Shown: positions 7,126-16,756, counted from the stretch's first letter. The stretch: 41,407 nucleotides of DNA from Desulfuromusa sp. (GCA_033791405.1 JASJGT010000268.1:1-41407); one strand, 5' to 3'. Notes: generated by a model from the sequence alone, not told the origin. Program-made: numbers and translations.

Positions 7126-7362
7126 ATGCCAAAATCTTTACGTCAAATTATTTCTGGAGAGAAGGCAATAGTGACTGCGGTGACTGCTGAAGGAGAAGTT
7201 GGTCGACGCTTGCGCGACATGGGTTTATCACCTGGAACAGAAATTAAAATGCTTGGTCGGGCCCCCCTGAAAGATCCCGTTTCTATCCGCCTCAGAAATT
7301 ATACTCTGACTTTACGCAATAGCGAAGCTGATTTCATCATGGTCGAAAAGGTAGGAGAATAA
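7126..7362 (+). CDS. feoA: Ferrous iron transport protein A
   Basis: RRLRDMGLSPG...APLKDP...LTLRNSEA. Confidence 0.96.
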   Translation: MPKSLRQIISGEKAIVTAVTAEGEVGRRLRDMGLSPGTEIKMLGRAPLKDPVSIRLRNYTLTLRNSEADFIMVEKVGE

Positions 7363-7364
7363 TA

Positions 7365-9560
7365 GTGGCTACCGCAGTCAAATGGACGATTAAAGAAAAT
7401 CCAACAGCAACGATTGCTTTAGCAGGTAATCCGAACTCAGGTAAGACAACTCTCTTCAATGCAATTACCGGTGCACGCCAGCATGTTGGCAACTATCCTG
7501 GAATCACAGTTGAACGAAAAGAAGGCATCATTAACCTGAAAGACGTAAAGGTTAAACTGATCGACCTGCCCGGAACCTATTCACTCTCTGCATATTCTGA
7601 TGAAGAGCTGGTTGCACGTAATTTTTTAGTGAATGAAAAGCCCGATATCGTTGTTGATATTCTTGATGCAACCATGCTGGAACGCCATCTCTATTTAGCA
7701 ATCCAATTTTTTGAAATTGGCATTCCGGTGGTTCTGGCATTGAATATGATGGATGATGCTAAAAAACAGGGCCTAATAATTGACACAGAGAAGCTATCTA
7801 AACTTCTCAATTGCCCCGTTGTGGAAACTGTTGCGCGCTCTGGTCGAGGCAAAGGTCATTTGATTCGAACAGCAGTTCAACACGCCAAAGATAATGGGAA
7901 GACCTGGAAACCTCTAGTAATTAGCTACGGAGCAGAGATTGATCTGGTTTTAGATAACATGACGGAAATTATCGAGGAGCAGCAATTCATGACTGATCGC
8001 TATCCGGCTCGTTGGATTGCGTTGAAGTATTTAGAAAATGACTCTGAAATTATCCGCTATGGAAAACTAAACGGCAAGGTAGCTGAACAACTGGAAGCAA
8101 TCGCTCAGAAGACAAAAGAACACTGCCTGAAAACTCTAAAAGTTTTACCTGAAGCAATCATTTCTGATTATCGCTATGGTTTAATTAATTCAATCCTTAA
8201 ACAAGATATTGTCATCCAAGAGAAATCCCGCCAGGAGCGGATCGACTTCACAACAAAATTAGATAGCTTGCTGGTGAATCGCTATATCGGCCCGGTCCTG
8301 ATGATAGCTATCCTCTATGGTATGTTTCAGATCACCTTTACTGTAGGGGAAATTCCCATGGGCTGGTTGGAAAGCATATTTGGTTGGATCTCTGCAACAG
8401 CAACCTCGTTGATTCCAGAGGGGCTACTACAATCTCTGGTTGTCTCTGGAATCATTGATGGTGTTGGCGGAGTTATGGGCTTTGTACCACTGATTGCCAT
8501 CATGTTTCTGATGATCTCTTTTCTGGAAGATTCCGGCTACATGGCTCGTGTTGCCTATATGCTGGATCGCGTTCTCCGTATTTTTGGACTGCATGGATAT
8601 TCAGCCATGCCATTTATTATTTCTGGTGGTATTGCCGGGGGATGTGCTGTACCGGGGGTGATGGCAACCAGAACTCTGCGTAGTCCTAAAGAAAAGCTGG
8701 CAACGTTGCTGACCGCACCATTTATGCCCTGTGGAGCCAAACTACCTGTTTTCATGTTGTTGGTTGCTGCATTTTTTACAGAATATAAAGCCCAGATGAT
8801 GTTTTCAATCACGCTGTTTGCCTGGATAATGGCGCTACTGGTTGCAAAACTTGTCCGTTCAACTGTGATCAAAGGAGCTTCAACCCCTTTTATTATGGAA
8901 CTCCCCCCCTACCGGCTACCAACAGTCCGTGGGGTTTTTATTCATACTTGGGAGCGCACCTGGCAGTACATAAAAAAGGCGGGAACAGTAATTCTTGCCG
9001 TTTCAATTTTACTCTGGGCAGCAATGACTTTTCCAAGTTTACCGACACAACAGGTCAACCAGTATGAATTGGAACGACAGACGGTTCTAGAAACAACTCA
9101 AGGGATTACGGAACAAAAACAAGCTTTGCTTGAGATAAATAACCGTGAAGGCCAAGCAGCACTGCGATATTCATTGGCTGGAAAAGTAGGAACATCCCTG
9201 GAACCGCTCAGCCAATTGGCTGGTTTTGATTGGCGCACTAATATTGCTCTGGTCGGTGGTTTTGCAGCAAAAGAGGTCATCGTTTCAACCTTTGGCACGG
9301 CCTATTCACTAGGAGATGTCGATCCGGAAGCAGCAGATACGTTGTCGACACGAATTGCGGTTGATCCAAGCTGGAATAAATTTACCGCCCTGGCGATGAT
9401 TGTCTTTGTCCTGCTCTACGCTCCATGTGTTGTCACAGTTGTTGCCATAGCAAAAGAATCATCCTGGCGTTGGGCTACGTTTGCAACTCTTTTCAATACA
9501 ACCTTGGGATTCGGGATGGCGGTTATCATCTATCAAATTGGAACAAAACTATTTATGTGA
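7365..9560 (+). CDS. feoB: Ferrous iron transport protein B
   Basis: GNPNSGKT, VGNYPGITVE, DLPGTYSL and NMMD GTPase motifs plus a polytopic membrane domain. Confidence 0.98.
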   Translation: MATAVKWTIKENPTATIALAGNPNSGKTTLFNAITGARQHVGNYPGITVERKEGIINLKDVKVKLIDLPGTYSLSAYSDEELVARNFLVNEKPDIVVDILDATMLERHLYLAIQFFEIGIPVVLALNMMDDAKKQGLIIDTEKLSKLLNCPVVETVARSGRGKGHLIRTAVQHAKDNGKTWKPLVISYGAEIDLVLDNMTEIIEEQQFMTDRYPARWIALKYLENDSEIIRYGKLNGKVAEQLEAIAQKTKEHCLKTLKVLPEAIISDYRYGLINSILKQDIVIQEKSRQERIDFTTKLDSLLVNRYIGPVLMIAILYGMFQITFTVGEIPMGWLESIFGWISATATSLIPEGLLQSLVVSGIIDGVGGVMGFVPLIAIMFLMISFLEDSGYMARVAYMLDRVLRIFGLHGYSAMPFIISGGIAGGCAVPGVMATRTLRSPKEKLATLLTAPFMPCGAKLPVFMLLVAAFFTEYKAQMMFSITLFAWIMALLVAKLVRSTVIKGASTPFIMELPPYRLPTVRGVFIHTWERTWQYIKKAGTVILAVSILLWAAMTFPSLPTQQVNQYELERQTVLETTQGITEQKQALLEINNREGQAALRYSLAGKVGTSLEPLSQLAGFDWRTNIALVGGFAAKEVIVSTFGTAYSLGDVDPEAADTLSTRIAVDPSWNKFTALAMIVFVLLYAPCVVTVVAIAKESSWRWATFATLFNTTLGFGMAVIIYQIGTKLFM

Positions 9561-9616
9561 ATGGAGCGAATGAAGGTCTAAATTCATCCATTGGCTTAAA
9601 ATAAGAAAGGACAATC

Positions 9617-9799
9617 ATGTTTTCTTGGGATTTAACAATCACGTTAATGATCATTGCTGCAGCAGCATTTTACGTTGCATATAGTATATACAAAACCATA
9701 AAAGAAGCATCAACCGGCGGTTGCGGTGGAGGATGTTCGGCTTGTTCCCAATGCAAGTTTGCTCCTCAAACAATCAAAAAAAATGCCCCATCCCGGTAG
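9617..9799 (+). CDS. FeoB-associated Cys-rich membrane protein
   Basis: TM helix followed by GCGGGCSACSQC. SD AAGGA. Follows feoB. Confidence 0.88.
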   Translation: MFSWDLTITLMIIAAAAFYVAYSIYKTIKEASTGGCGGGCSACSQCKFAPQTIKKNAPSR

Positions 9800-9814
9800 A
9801 AACAGGAACAGGGC
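9776..9814 (-). terminator. Terminator of the two-component operon
   Basis: Minus strand GCCCTGTTCC...GGGATGGGGC-A-TTTTTTTT (stem uses G-U pairs). Overlaps the end of the convergent Cys-rich gene. Confidence 0.6.
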
Positions 9815-9836
9815 TAAAGCTCATAAAAAGATAAAT

Positions 9837-11204
9837 TCAACCACTACTTAACTGATACTTTTCTAACTTATAGCGGAGCGTCCCACGCGGGACATTCAAT
9901 ATCCGGGCAGTTTTTGCGACATTTCCACCGGTAATTCGAAAAGCTTTTTCAACCAACTCTTTTTCGACCTGACCAACAACATCATCCAAAACAATCCCTT
10001 CGGGCGGGATTTCATAGCTGAAAGGCATTTCACTCTGTGGTGATTCACCCCAGATTTCACGTGGAAGTTGCGCCGCTTGAATCATCTCAACATTGTACAT
10101 AATACAGATTCGTTCAACGACATTACGTAATTCTCGAACATTTCCTGGCCAGTGATAGCGCATCACCAGATCAAGAGCTTCGCGACTGAATCCCCGTATT
10201 GATTTATTGAATTCTATACTGAAACGTTGCAAAAATGTCTCAAGTAGTATCGGTATGTCCTCCCGCCGATCACGTAGCGGCGGAATGTGAATCGGAAAAA
10301 CATTTAAGCGATAGTAAAGATCCTCACGAAATTCCTTACGCTCCAAAGCTCCTTTCAAATCAGCATTGGTTGCAGCAATAATCCGCACATTGATATCAAT
10401 ATTGCGATTCCCCCCAAGCCGGCGAATTTTGCGGTCTTCCAGGACCCGTAAAAGTTTCACCTGGAGACTTATGTCCATTTCACCGATTTCATCGAGAAAA
10501 AGTGAACCTCCATCAGCTTCTTCAAATAAACCTATTTTACGGTTTTTTGCATCGGTAAAAGCACCCCGTTCATGCCCAAAAAGTTCTGTTTCAAGAAGAT
10601 TAAAAGGCAATGAGCCACAATTTATTTCGATAAAAGGTTGTTCACTACGTGGTGATAAATTATGAATCGCCTGAGCAACTAATTCTTTTCCCGTACCGCT
10701 ATCTCCGGTGATCAACACCGTAGCCGTTTCATGTTTTGCCACTTCGCGGATTTGTTGGAATATCTGCATAAGCGCGGGACTATTTCCAACCATATTGATC
10801 CCATCAGCATCCCGGGACAGACGTTTGACTTTACGGCGCAAATTTTGTGTTTCCAATGCCAATTTTACAATCAAATGGATCGCATCAGCCTTGAATGGTT
10901 TTTTAATGTAGTCATAGGCACCTATTTTCAATGCCTCAACCGCACTTTCGACCGTTCCATAACCGGTGATAATAATGACCAGGATTTCTGGATCAACTTC
11001 ACGCATTGCCCGCAATACATCCAGACCACTGCTACTTCCTAGATTCAGATCAAGCAGCACCAAACTGATCTCTTCATCTGTAACAATCTGAATAGCTTCT
11101 TCTGGTGATTCAGTCGAAATAGGCCGATATCCATCTTCGGCAATAATCCTCTCCAGATTTTCCCGAATAAAGGCTTCATCATCAACGATAAGAATTTTTT
11201 CCAT
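9837..11204 (-). CDS. Sigma54-dependent response regulator (NtrC/AtoC family)
   Basis: Receiver ILIVDDE, GDSGTGKE, ELFGHERGAFTDA, WPGNVREL, Fis-type HTH. Start moved to the ATG at 11204, behind SD GGGAG. Confidence 0.96.
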   Translation of the reverse strand: MEKILIVDDEAFIRENLERIIAEDGYRPISTESPEEAIQIVTDEEISLVLLDLNLGSSSGLDVLRAMREVDPEILVIIITGYGTVESAVEALKIGAYDYIKKPFKADAIHLIVKLALETQNLRRKVKRLSRDADGINMVGNSPALMQIFQQIREVAKHETATVLITGDSGTGKELVAQAIHNLSPRSEQPFIEINCGSLPFNLLETELFGHERGAFTDAKNRKIGLFEEADGGSLFLDEIGEMDISLQVKLLRVLEDRKIRRLGGNRNIDINVRIIAATNADLKGALERKEFREDLYYRLNVFPIHIPPLRDRREDIPILLETFLQRFSIEFNKSIRGFSREALDLVMRYHWPGNVRELRNVVERICIMYNVEMIQAAQLPREIWGESPQSEMPFSYEIPPEGIVLDDVVGQVEKELVEKAFRITGGNVAKTARILNVPRGTLRYKLEKYQLSSG

Positions 11205-11250
11205 GCTATTCACTCCCGATACAAATATCTGACCCAACTAAATATTTTTT

Positions 11251-13761
11251 TCAACCAATCTGATTTATCGGTAACGAAACCAGCACTGTTGTTCCGACAC
11301 CCAGTTTACTCTCAATTTGAATTTCACCACCACGATCAGAGATAATATTATAACTAATTGCCAATCCCAACCCAGTCCCCTGCCCCTTACTGGTGAAAAA
11401 TGGCTCAAAAATCAACGGTAACTGTTCCGGGGGGATTCCTGTTCCGGTATCAACAACACGAATCAATATTTCATCATCGTCTGCTTCAACAACTATTTTC
11501 AATTCACCACTATCCGGCATGGCATCCAAAGCATTATTCAGCAAATTCAACAAAACCTGCTTCAAACGATCTGCATCCATCATAATTTCTGGGAGGTTGT
11601 CATCAACCTGTTCAATCAGCTTCACATTTTGTCGTTGGCACTGTTTACGGATTAAAAACAGGGAGTCTTGAAGGATATCTTCAACTCGACCATATGCAAG
11701 CTTGGGAGTCGGCAATGACGAAAAGTGTAACATTTCATTCACCAGTGACTCCAAACGTTCAATCTCACCGAGTGCCCGTCGAATCAATTGCTGATCCTCT
11801 TCCTGACCAAGCAAACGATCATGCAGATCATCCAGAAGCAAACTGACTCCAGTCAGTGGATTACGCACTTCATGGGCGATCCCTGCTGACATTCTTCCCA
11901 ACGAAGCTAAACGATCCATCCGCGCCATCTGCTGACGTAGATTGACCCGTTCGGTGAGGTCCTCAATAGTCAACAACCAACCCTCTTGTTGTCGAAAGCT
12001 CAATGGGAACATAGCCATCCGGTAAGTCAGCGTTCGCCCTTTTCTTTCCAATGGGACATATGTCCGAAAAGATTTGCTTTCTCCTGATCTGCTTGAAATA
12101 AACCACTGACCAAGGACTTTATGTAGCTCAGGCCACTCAACCAACAGTTTTTTCCAACTACAATCCTTGCCAGGTCTTTCTATAGCCAATATTTTGCAGG
12201 CAGACCCATTTGCAGATGTCACCTTGCTGTCGGCGTTAAACGTTAACAACCCGGTTTCAATATTCTCAAAAACGGTATTCTTAAAATTTCTTTCGCGGAT
12301 AATTTCTTTACGCGATTGCCGTAATGCTTGCAGTGTCTGCAGCAACCGCCGCCGTCGGCTGTTCAGATCCTCGACCATGGTATTGAATGAATCAGCCAGG
12401 ATCCCAACTTCATCATTGGAGCTGGCCATAACTTCAGGTGACCGATTGCCACGGATCATCCGTCGGGTTGCTTCGGTTAACGAATGAATCGGACGGACAA
12501 TACTGTCGGATAGAAGATATGCAGTGGCAATCACAAACATAACAGTCAGTGAGACAACCAACCACGATTGTTTGAGATAATTATTGATCTCCTGCCGAAT
12601 CAGATAAGAAGTTGCAACAGCGGGTTGATGAAATTGATCAATTTCTGCTCCTATAGTAATACCACCAAAAATATTGTGTTCCCTGTACGCCCCTTCTGCA
12701 TATTTAATCGGCGCATAAGCCATAATTTTATTTGAGCCACCGACATTAGTCGCTTCAACAACCCCAGATTCATCACGTAATACGGCTTCAGCGACGTGAG
12801 GATAGTTGGGGTGGATAAAGCTGGCAGCAAACAGGTTAAAGGGGATCCGTCCTGACTGAATATCCTTTTCCGGCGTGTCAGAGCTATAGGCAGGGACCAA
12901 TTGCCCATCAGGATCATAACCACGGATATCCCAATATTTTGGATGGGCAATCATCCAGCCTTGATCATCAAACATGAAAGCATAATTACCACTGCCATAG
13001 GAAGGAAAGACAACATCCTTATCCCCAATCGGTGAAATATGTTGAGTATATTCCATCAAATGACGATGATCGAGAGACAAAACGACCACCCCTTGGAAAT
13101 CACCATTTTTCCAGATTGGAGTCGCAAAGCGGATCACCCCACGATAGAGAGTCCCTTGTACTGCTTCTAGAGGAGTTTCAGCCCCCTGAAGCTGATCATT
13201 ACGACTGACATACCAGCCATGGAGTCGAGAAACCCAGAGTTGGCCAGTGTCCAATTGAGATGCCTGATTAAAGTAAGTTTCAGTTTTATAAGTTGTCTGG
13301 GCTGGATCTGACAGATCTCGATAGTTACGTGATGGTCTACCCGCAACAATGCGGACTAATTCATGACCTCGACTATCAATATAAGCTAGTTCACTATAGA
13401 GATGGACATTTTCCCGTATTTCAACCGGCTCATCATTGGTTCCATGGCGATACCAGAGTTCACGTTGATGACTGCGAGAAAAATTCAGATAGGCATTTTC
13501 TGTCGTGGGCAATAATGATAAATCGAAGAGATCGCCTTCGACTTCATGGAGAAATGAAGATACCTGCTTGGCAACCATTTGCGCCTGATTTTCAAGTGCT
13601 TTGGCTGCCTGGCTGTCCATAGCTTCGGTTGTCCGTTGGCGGAGTAAATCCTCAACCAACCGCAAGCTGTGCTGAGAGTTGAAGAGCAAAATCCCCAGCG
13701 GCACTAAAGAGAGCAACAGGAAGGCACCAAGAACCTTTTTATGCAGGTTGATACGGAACAT
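11251..13761 (-). CDS. Sensor histidine kinase (TM, periplasmic Cache-like, TM, HAMP, PAS, HisKA, HATPase)
   Basis: AHEVRNPL, NLLNNALDA, DTGTGIP, FEPFFTSK, GTGLGL and HAMP DEVGILADSFNTM. Confidence 0.96.
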   Translation of the reverse strand: MFRINLHKKVLGAFLLLSLVPLGILLFNSQHSLRLVEDLLRQRTTEAMDSQAAKALENQAQMVAKQVSSFLHEVEGDLFDLSLLPTTENAYLNFSRSHQRELWYRHGTNDEPVEIRENVHLYSELAYIDSRGHELVRIVAGRPSRNYRDLSDPAQTTYKTETYFNQASQLDTGQLWVSRLHGWYVSRNDQLQGAETPLEAVQGTLYRGVIRFATPIWKNGDFQGVVVLSLDHRHLMEYTQHISPIGDKDVVFPSYGSGNYAFMFDDQGWMIAHPKYWDIRGYDPDGQLVPAYSSDTPEKDIQSGRIPFNLFAASFIHPNYPHVAEAVLRDESGVVEATNVGGSNKIMAYAPIKYAEGAYREHNIFGGITIGAEIDQFHQPAVATSYLIRQEINNYLKQSWLVVSLTVMFVIATAYLLSDSIVRPIHSLTEATRRMIRGNRSPEVMASSNDEVGILADSFNTMVEDLNSRRRRLLQTLQALRQSRKEIIRERNFKNTVFENIETGLLTFNADSKVTSANGSACKILAIERPGKDCSWKKLLVEWPELHKVLGQWFISSRSGESKSFRTYVPLERKGRTLTYRMAMFPLSFRQQEGWLLTIEDLTERVNLRQQMARMDRLASLGRMSAGIAHEVRNPLTGVSLLLDDLHDRLLGQEEDQQLIRRALGEIERLESLVNEMLHFSSLPTPKLAYGRVEDILQDSLFLIRKQCQRQNVKLIEQVDDNLPEIMMDADRLKQVLLNLLNNALDAMPDSGELKIVVEADDDEILIRVVDTGTGIPPEQLPLIFEPFFTSKGQGTGLGLAISYNIISDRGGEIQIESKLGVGTTVLVSLPINQIG

Positions 13762-13902
13762 GGGGCGGATTATAGATGAAAATCAGGTGAGAGCATAGAA
13801 AGGATAATTATAAAACTTGATTAACATGAATCTTCTACTTGTACGTTTCTCCATGCAAGATGAGGTCGTTGCTGACCGGAGCAGAGAAAGTCTCGTGATA
13901 GA

Positions 13903-14871
13903 CTATTTATTACGCGTAACAACATAATCTGCGAGGGTAAAAAGAGCCTGACGCGCTTCACAATCAGAAAAAATAGCTAGCTGCTGTTTTGCTCGTTCAA
14001 TTCTTTCAGTTGCCTTAAGCCGAGTATAATCTATACCACCTTTTTCATTGATTAAAGTACAAATATAATCAAGATCTTCTTTAACCAGCTCTTCAGCATC
14101 GATAATTCTAGATATTTCCTTACATTCAAGCTCAGTAGAAAGAGAATAGGCATGAATTAATGGCAGGGTCATCTTCCCCTCAAAGAGATCATGACCTCTT
14201 TCCTTGCCAAAATCCACTTCATCGGCAACATAATCGAGAGCATCATCCATCAGCTGAAAGGCCGTTCCGATTTCCAGACCAAATTCACGTAACGCCATTT
14301 CTTCAGTTTCATCAACCCCGGCCAAAACCCCGGCAACCTGACAGGCAGCAGCAATCAAGATGGCGGTTTTATCACGGACAACTTGCAGGTAGCGAGGCTC
14401 ATCAACCTCAAGGTCACAGGTATTGATCAACTGTAAAATTTCACCCTCAGCCAACTGTGTGGTGGTATCAGAAAGAATTTGCAGAATCTTCAAACTTTCC
14501 GAGCCAACCATCACAGAAAAAGACTTGGCGAACAAAAAATCACCAACCAACACCGAAGCCTGATTACCCCAGACAGAATTAGCCGACCGATTTCCACGGC
14601 GTAAATTAGCACTATCAACGACATCATCGTGTAATAAGGTTGCGGTATGGATAAATTCGACAACTCCGGCCAAATCGATATGCTTATCTCCACAATAATT
14701 ACACAAGCGGGCACAGAGAAGTAATAACATTGGTCGAATACGTTTTCCGCCACTGGAAAGGACATAATCCCCAACCTGGCTGACCAGTTGCACATCCGAA
14801 GCCAGATTCTTTTTAAACTGGCCTTCAACCGCCTGCATTTCATCTTTCAATAGTGCTATAACCGTATCCAT
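13903..14871 (-). CDS. ispB: Long-chain polyprenyl (octaprenyl) diphosphate synthase
   Basis: GGKRIRP, IHTATLLHDDVVD...RRG, AFQLMDDALD, DLFEGKMTLP. Confidence 0.93.
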   Translation of the reverse strand: MDTVIALLKDEMQAVEGQFKKNLASDVQLVSQVGDYVLSSGGKRIRPMLLLLCARLCNYCGDKHIDLAGVVEFIHTATLLHDDVVDSANLRRGNRSANSVWGNQASVLVGDFLFAKSFSVMVGSESLKILQILSDTTTQLAEGEILQLINTCDLEVDEPRYLQVVRDKTAILIAAACQVAGVLAGVDETEEMALREFGLEIGTAFQLMDDALDYVADEVDFGKERGHDLFEGKMTLPLIHAYSLSTELECKEISRIIDAEELVKEDLDYICTLINEKGGIDYTRLKATERIERAKQQLAIFSDCEARQALFTLADYVVTRNK

Positions 14872-14937
14872 AACTTAAACATTTCCTTAATTGGTCGCGA
14901 CACCAACTCCGTTATGCAAATAGGTTGGCGGGGAACG

Positions 14938-14966
14938 ATTCTAGAAATTCGCTCAACCATTGTCAA
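14938..14966 (-). promoter_or_regulatory. Sigma70 promoter of ispB
   Basis: TTGACA, 17 bp, TAGAAT on the minus strand. Confidence 0.7.
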
Positions 14967-15034
14967 AACCTTTTTTGCCTATCCATCGCTATCCATATTT
15001 TTTGTACTAAGTGACTATCCAGTGAGTATAAACT

Positions 15035-15964
15035 TTATTCTAAAACTGGATCAACAGGGATAAATTGCTTTTTTTCCGCATCCCAGCGATAAGCACCAGT
15101 CTCCCAGATCGCTTCAATCAAATCCCAATTCAAATGTAAGGATTCAGCTTCATCGGTCAAATCAGATATTTCAAGAATTTCAACATCATCAATAACCTGA
15201 TCACCATTTCGATCGGCCCAATGGAATGGTTTGACCTCCATTGTCCCGACCGATTGTAGTTGAGTAGAAAACCTCTGACCATCTGGATTAGCTATCAATT
15301 CACCAACGATTTTTAAATCCGACCCAGGAAGGGTTGTCTCCGGCACCTCAAGAATATAAAAGACCCGAGTTTTCAATAGTGGTTTCCTAAAAATCCAGCG
15401 AGCAACTCCTGTTTCAATATCAAAATGAGAAGTCATCGGCTGAGATTCTAACAAACGCCATCCCGGAGGGAATGTTTCTTTTAGGATCATCCCCTTCAAT
15501 GGCTTTTCTGCAGAAAGTTCAACTTGGAGCAAAACTTGGCTGCCAGGTGCTACATAAGCAGGGAGTAACCTTTTTGCCTGTAAAACGGGAACAGCTGGTG
15601 CGTTACCCTGCTGCAACAGATAAAACAGCCCAACTAGAACCAAACCAGTAAATAGCAAAAGGTAAATCCATTTATTACTTTTAGCCTGGTTCGAAATGTT
15701 AGTTGTATCAGAGAACTCTGCTTCATCTTCTTGTTTTAAAATTTCTACAAGATCTACTTCCAAAGCTTCTGCCAGCTTCAGAGCATTATCCCGCATAATC
15801 GTTGGATAACGATTATTCTCCCAACGTGAAACTGTATCTGTAGTGACCGCAACAACTTTTGACACATAGAGTTGTGTCAAACGTTTTTCTTCACGGATTC
15901 TACGAACAGCATCACCATCTATCGCAACAGATGGAGGATTAAATGGTTCCATACTGGCATCCAT
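15035..15964 (-). CDS. XRE-family HTH protein with TM helix and extracytoplasmic beta domain plus EF-hand-like loop
   Basis: IREEKRLTQ...TVSRWENN...LAEAL HTH, TM WIYLLLFTGLVLVGLFYLL, DRNGDQVIDDVE. Confidence 0.85.
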   Translation of the reverse strand: MDASMEPFNPPSVAIDGDAVRRIREEKRLTQLYVSKVVAVTTDTVSRWENNRYPTIMRDNALKLAEALEVDLVEILKQEDEAEFSDTTNISNQAKSNKWIYLLLFTGLVLVGLFYLLQQGNAPAVPVLQAKRLLPAYVAPGSQVLLQVELSAEKPLKGMILKETFPPGWRLLESQPMTSHFDIETGVARWIFRKPLLKTRVFYILEVPETTLPGSDLKIVGELIANPDGQRFSTQLQSVGTMEVKPFHWADRNGDQVIDDVEILEISDLTDEAESLHLNWDLIEAIWETGAYRWDAEKKQFIPVDPVLE

Positions 15965-16197
15965 AAGGTTTTGAAATAAGTCATGGAAGTCTAACAGAGA
16001 GCTTCTGGCTCTGTAAACAACCTAATAACAATAGTTTTAGAATAATGAATCAACAAATATTGAATATTATAAGATGCCGATATTACACAGTTACAACCCG
16101 ACATCTTGCGATATTTCAATCGATGTCGAGTGAAATCAATCAAAAAACATGAAACTATCAGTGACAGGAACCGATCACCTAAAAAAGGAGGATGACA

Positions 16198-16518
16198 ATG
16201 AAAAAACTTATGATTCTATTAGCTGCCACAATTTTAGTTTCATCTATTGCAACAATTGGTGTTGCTGAAACAAAAGGTCCCGAAGAAATCAAATTCACAC
16301 CCAAAATGGGAACGGTCACTTTCAACCACAGCGTGCACCAAAACCGAACTGATTGCGCTACCTGCCATCACACTGGAGACTATGCTCAGTGTAAAAGTTG
16401 TCATGGTGTCGATCCAAAGGCGCCTAAAGCTAAAAATGCATATCACAAAACGTGTAAAGACTGTCACAAAGAACTTAAAAAAGGACCCACTAAATGTAAG
16501 GAATGCCATATCAAATAA
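16198..16518 (+). CDS. Periplasmic tetraheme class III cytochrome c (c3-type)
   Basis: Signal peptide, VTFNHSVH, four CxxCH (CATCH, CKSCH, CKDCH, CKECH) and four spare His. AGGAGG spacing favours ATG 16198 over 16192. Confidence 0.95.
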   Translation: MKKLMILLAATILVSSIATIGVAETKGPEEIKFTPKMGTVTFNHSVHQNRTDCATCHHTGDYAQCKSCHGVDPKAPKAKNAYHKTCKDCHKELKKGPTKCKECHIK

Positions 16519-16542
16519 CAATATTGTAAATCTCGGTTCCAT

Positions 16543-16579
16543 AAAAGGGCAGATTCAGCAAGTTGAATCTGCCCTTTTT
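16543..16579 (+). terminator. Intrinsic terminator after the cytochrome
   Basis: AAAAGGGCAGATTCA-GCAAGT-TGAATCTGCCCTTTTT, a perfect long stem. Confidence 0.92.
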
Positions 16580-16651
16580 CTATACCCATTAACATTTATT
16601 ACAGATTAAAGAATAAAAATGATATTTTTTAGATTATTATGTATTATTTAG

Positions 16652-16679
16652 TTGACATTAATATTTATCGAACTATAAT
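16652..16679 (+). promoter_or_regulatory. Consensus sigma70 promoter with no downstream ORF
   Basis: TTGACA, 16 bp, TATAAT with AT-rich upstream DNA. Confidence 0.8.
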
Positions 16680-16685
16680 TTGAGT

Positions 16686-16756
16686 CAAAGGTAAGAAAAA
16701 CTCTCTCAAGAAAGACTTTTGCCCCGTGTTCTCCCTCCTGACGCGGGGCTATTTTT
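16686..16756 (+). ncRNA. Candidate small RNA (~70 nt) with a CU-rich anti-SD loop
   Basis: Lies between the consensus promoter and the plus-oriented terminator GCCCCGTGT-TCTCCCTCCTG-ACGCGGGGC-TATTTTT. Contains no ATG. The 5' end is estimated. Confidence 0.65.

Noticed and set aside
6957-7190. 77-aa ORF upstream of feoA
   Set aside because: It covers the feo promoter and Fur box, overlaps feoA, and has a TTG start with no SD.
9837-11204. GAFTDA instead of GAFTGA as a sign of a non-functional activator
   Set aside because: This is a common natural variant, and the other AAA+ motifs are intact.
16057-16083. Sigma28 promoter (GCCGATAT) upstream of the cytochrome
   Set aside because: The -10 matches, but there is no TAAA -35 at the proper spacing.
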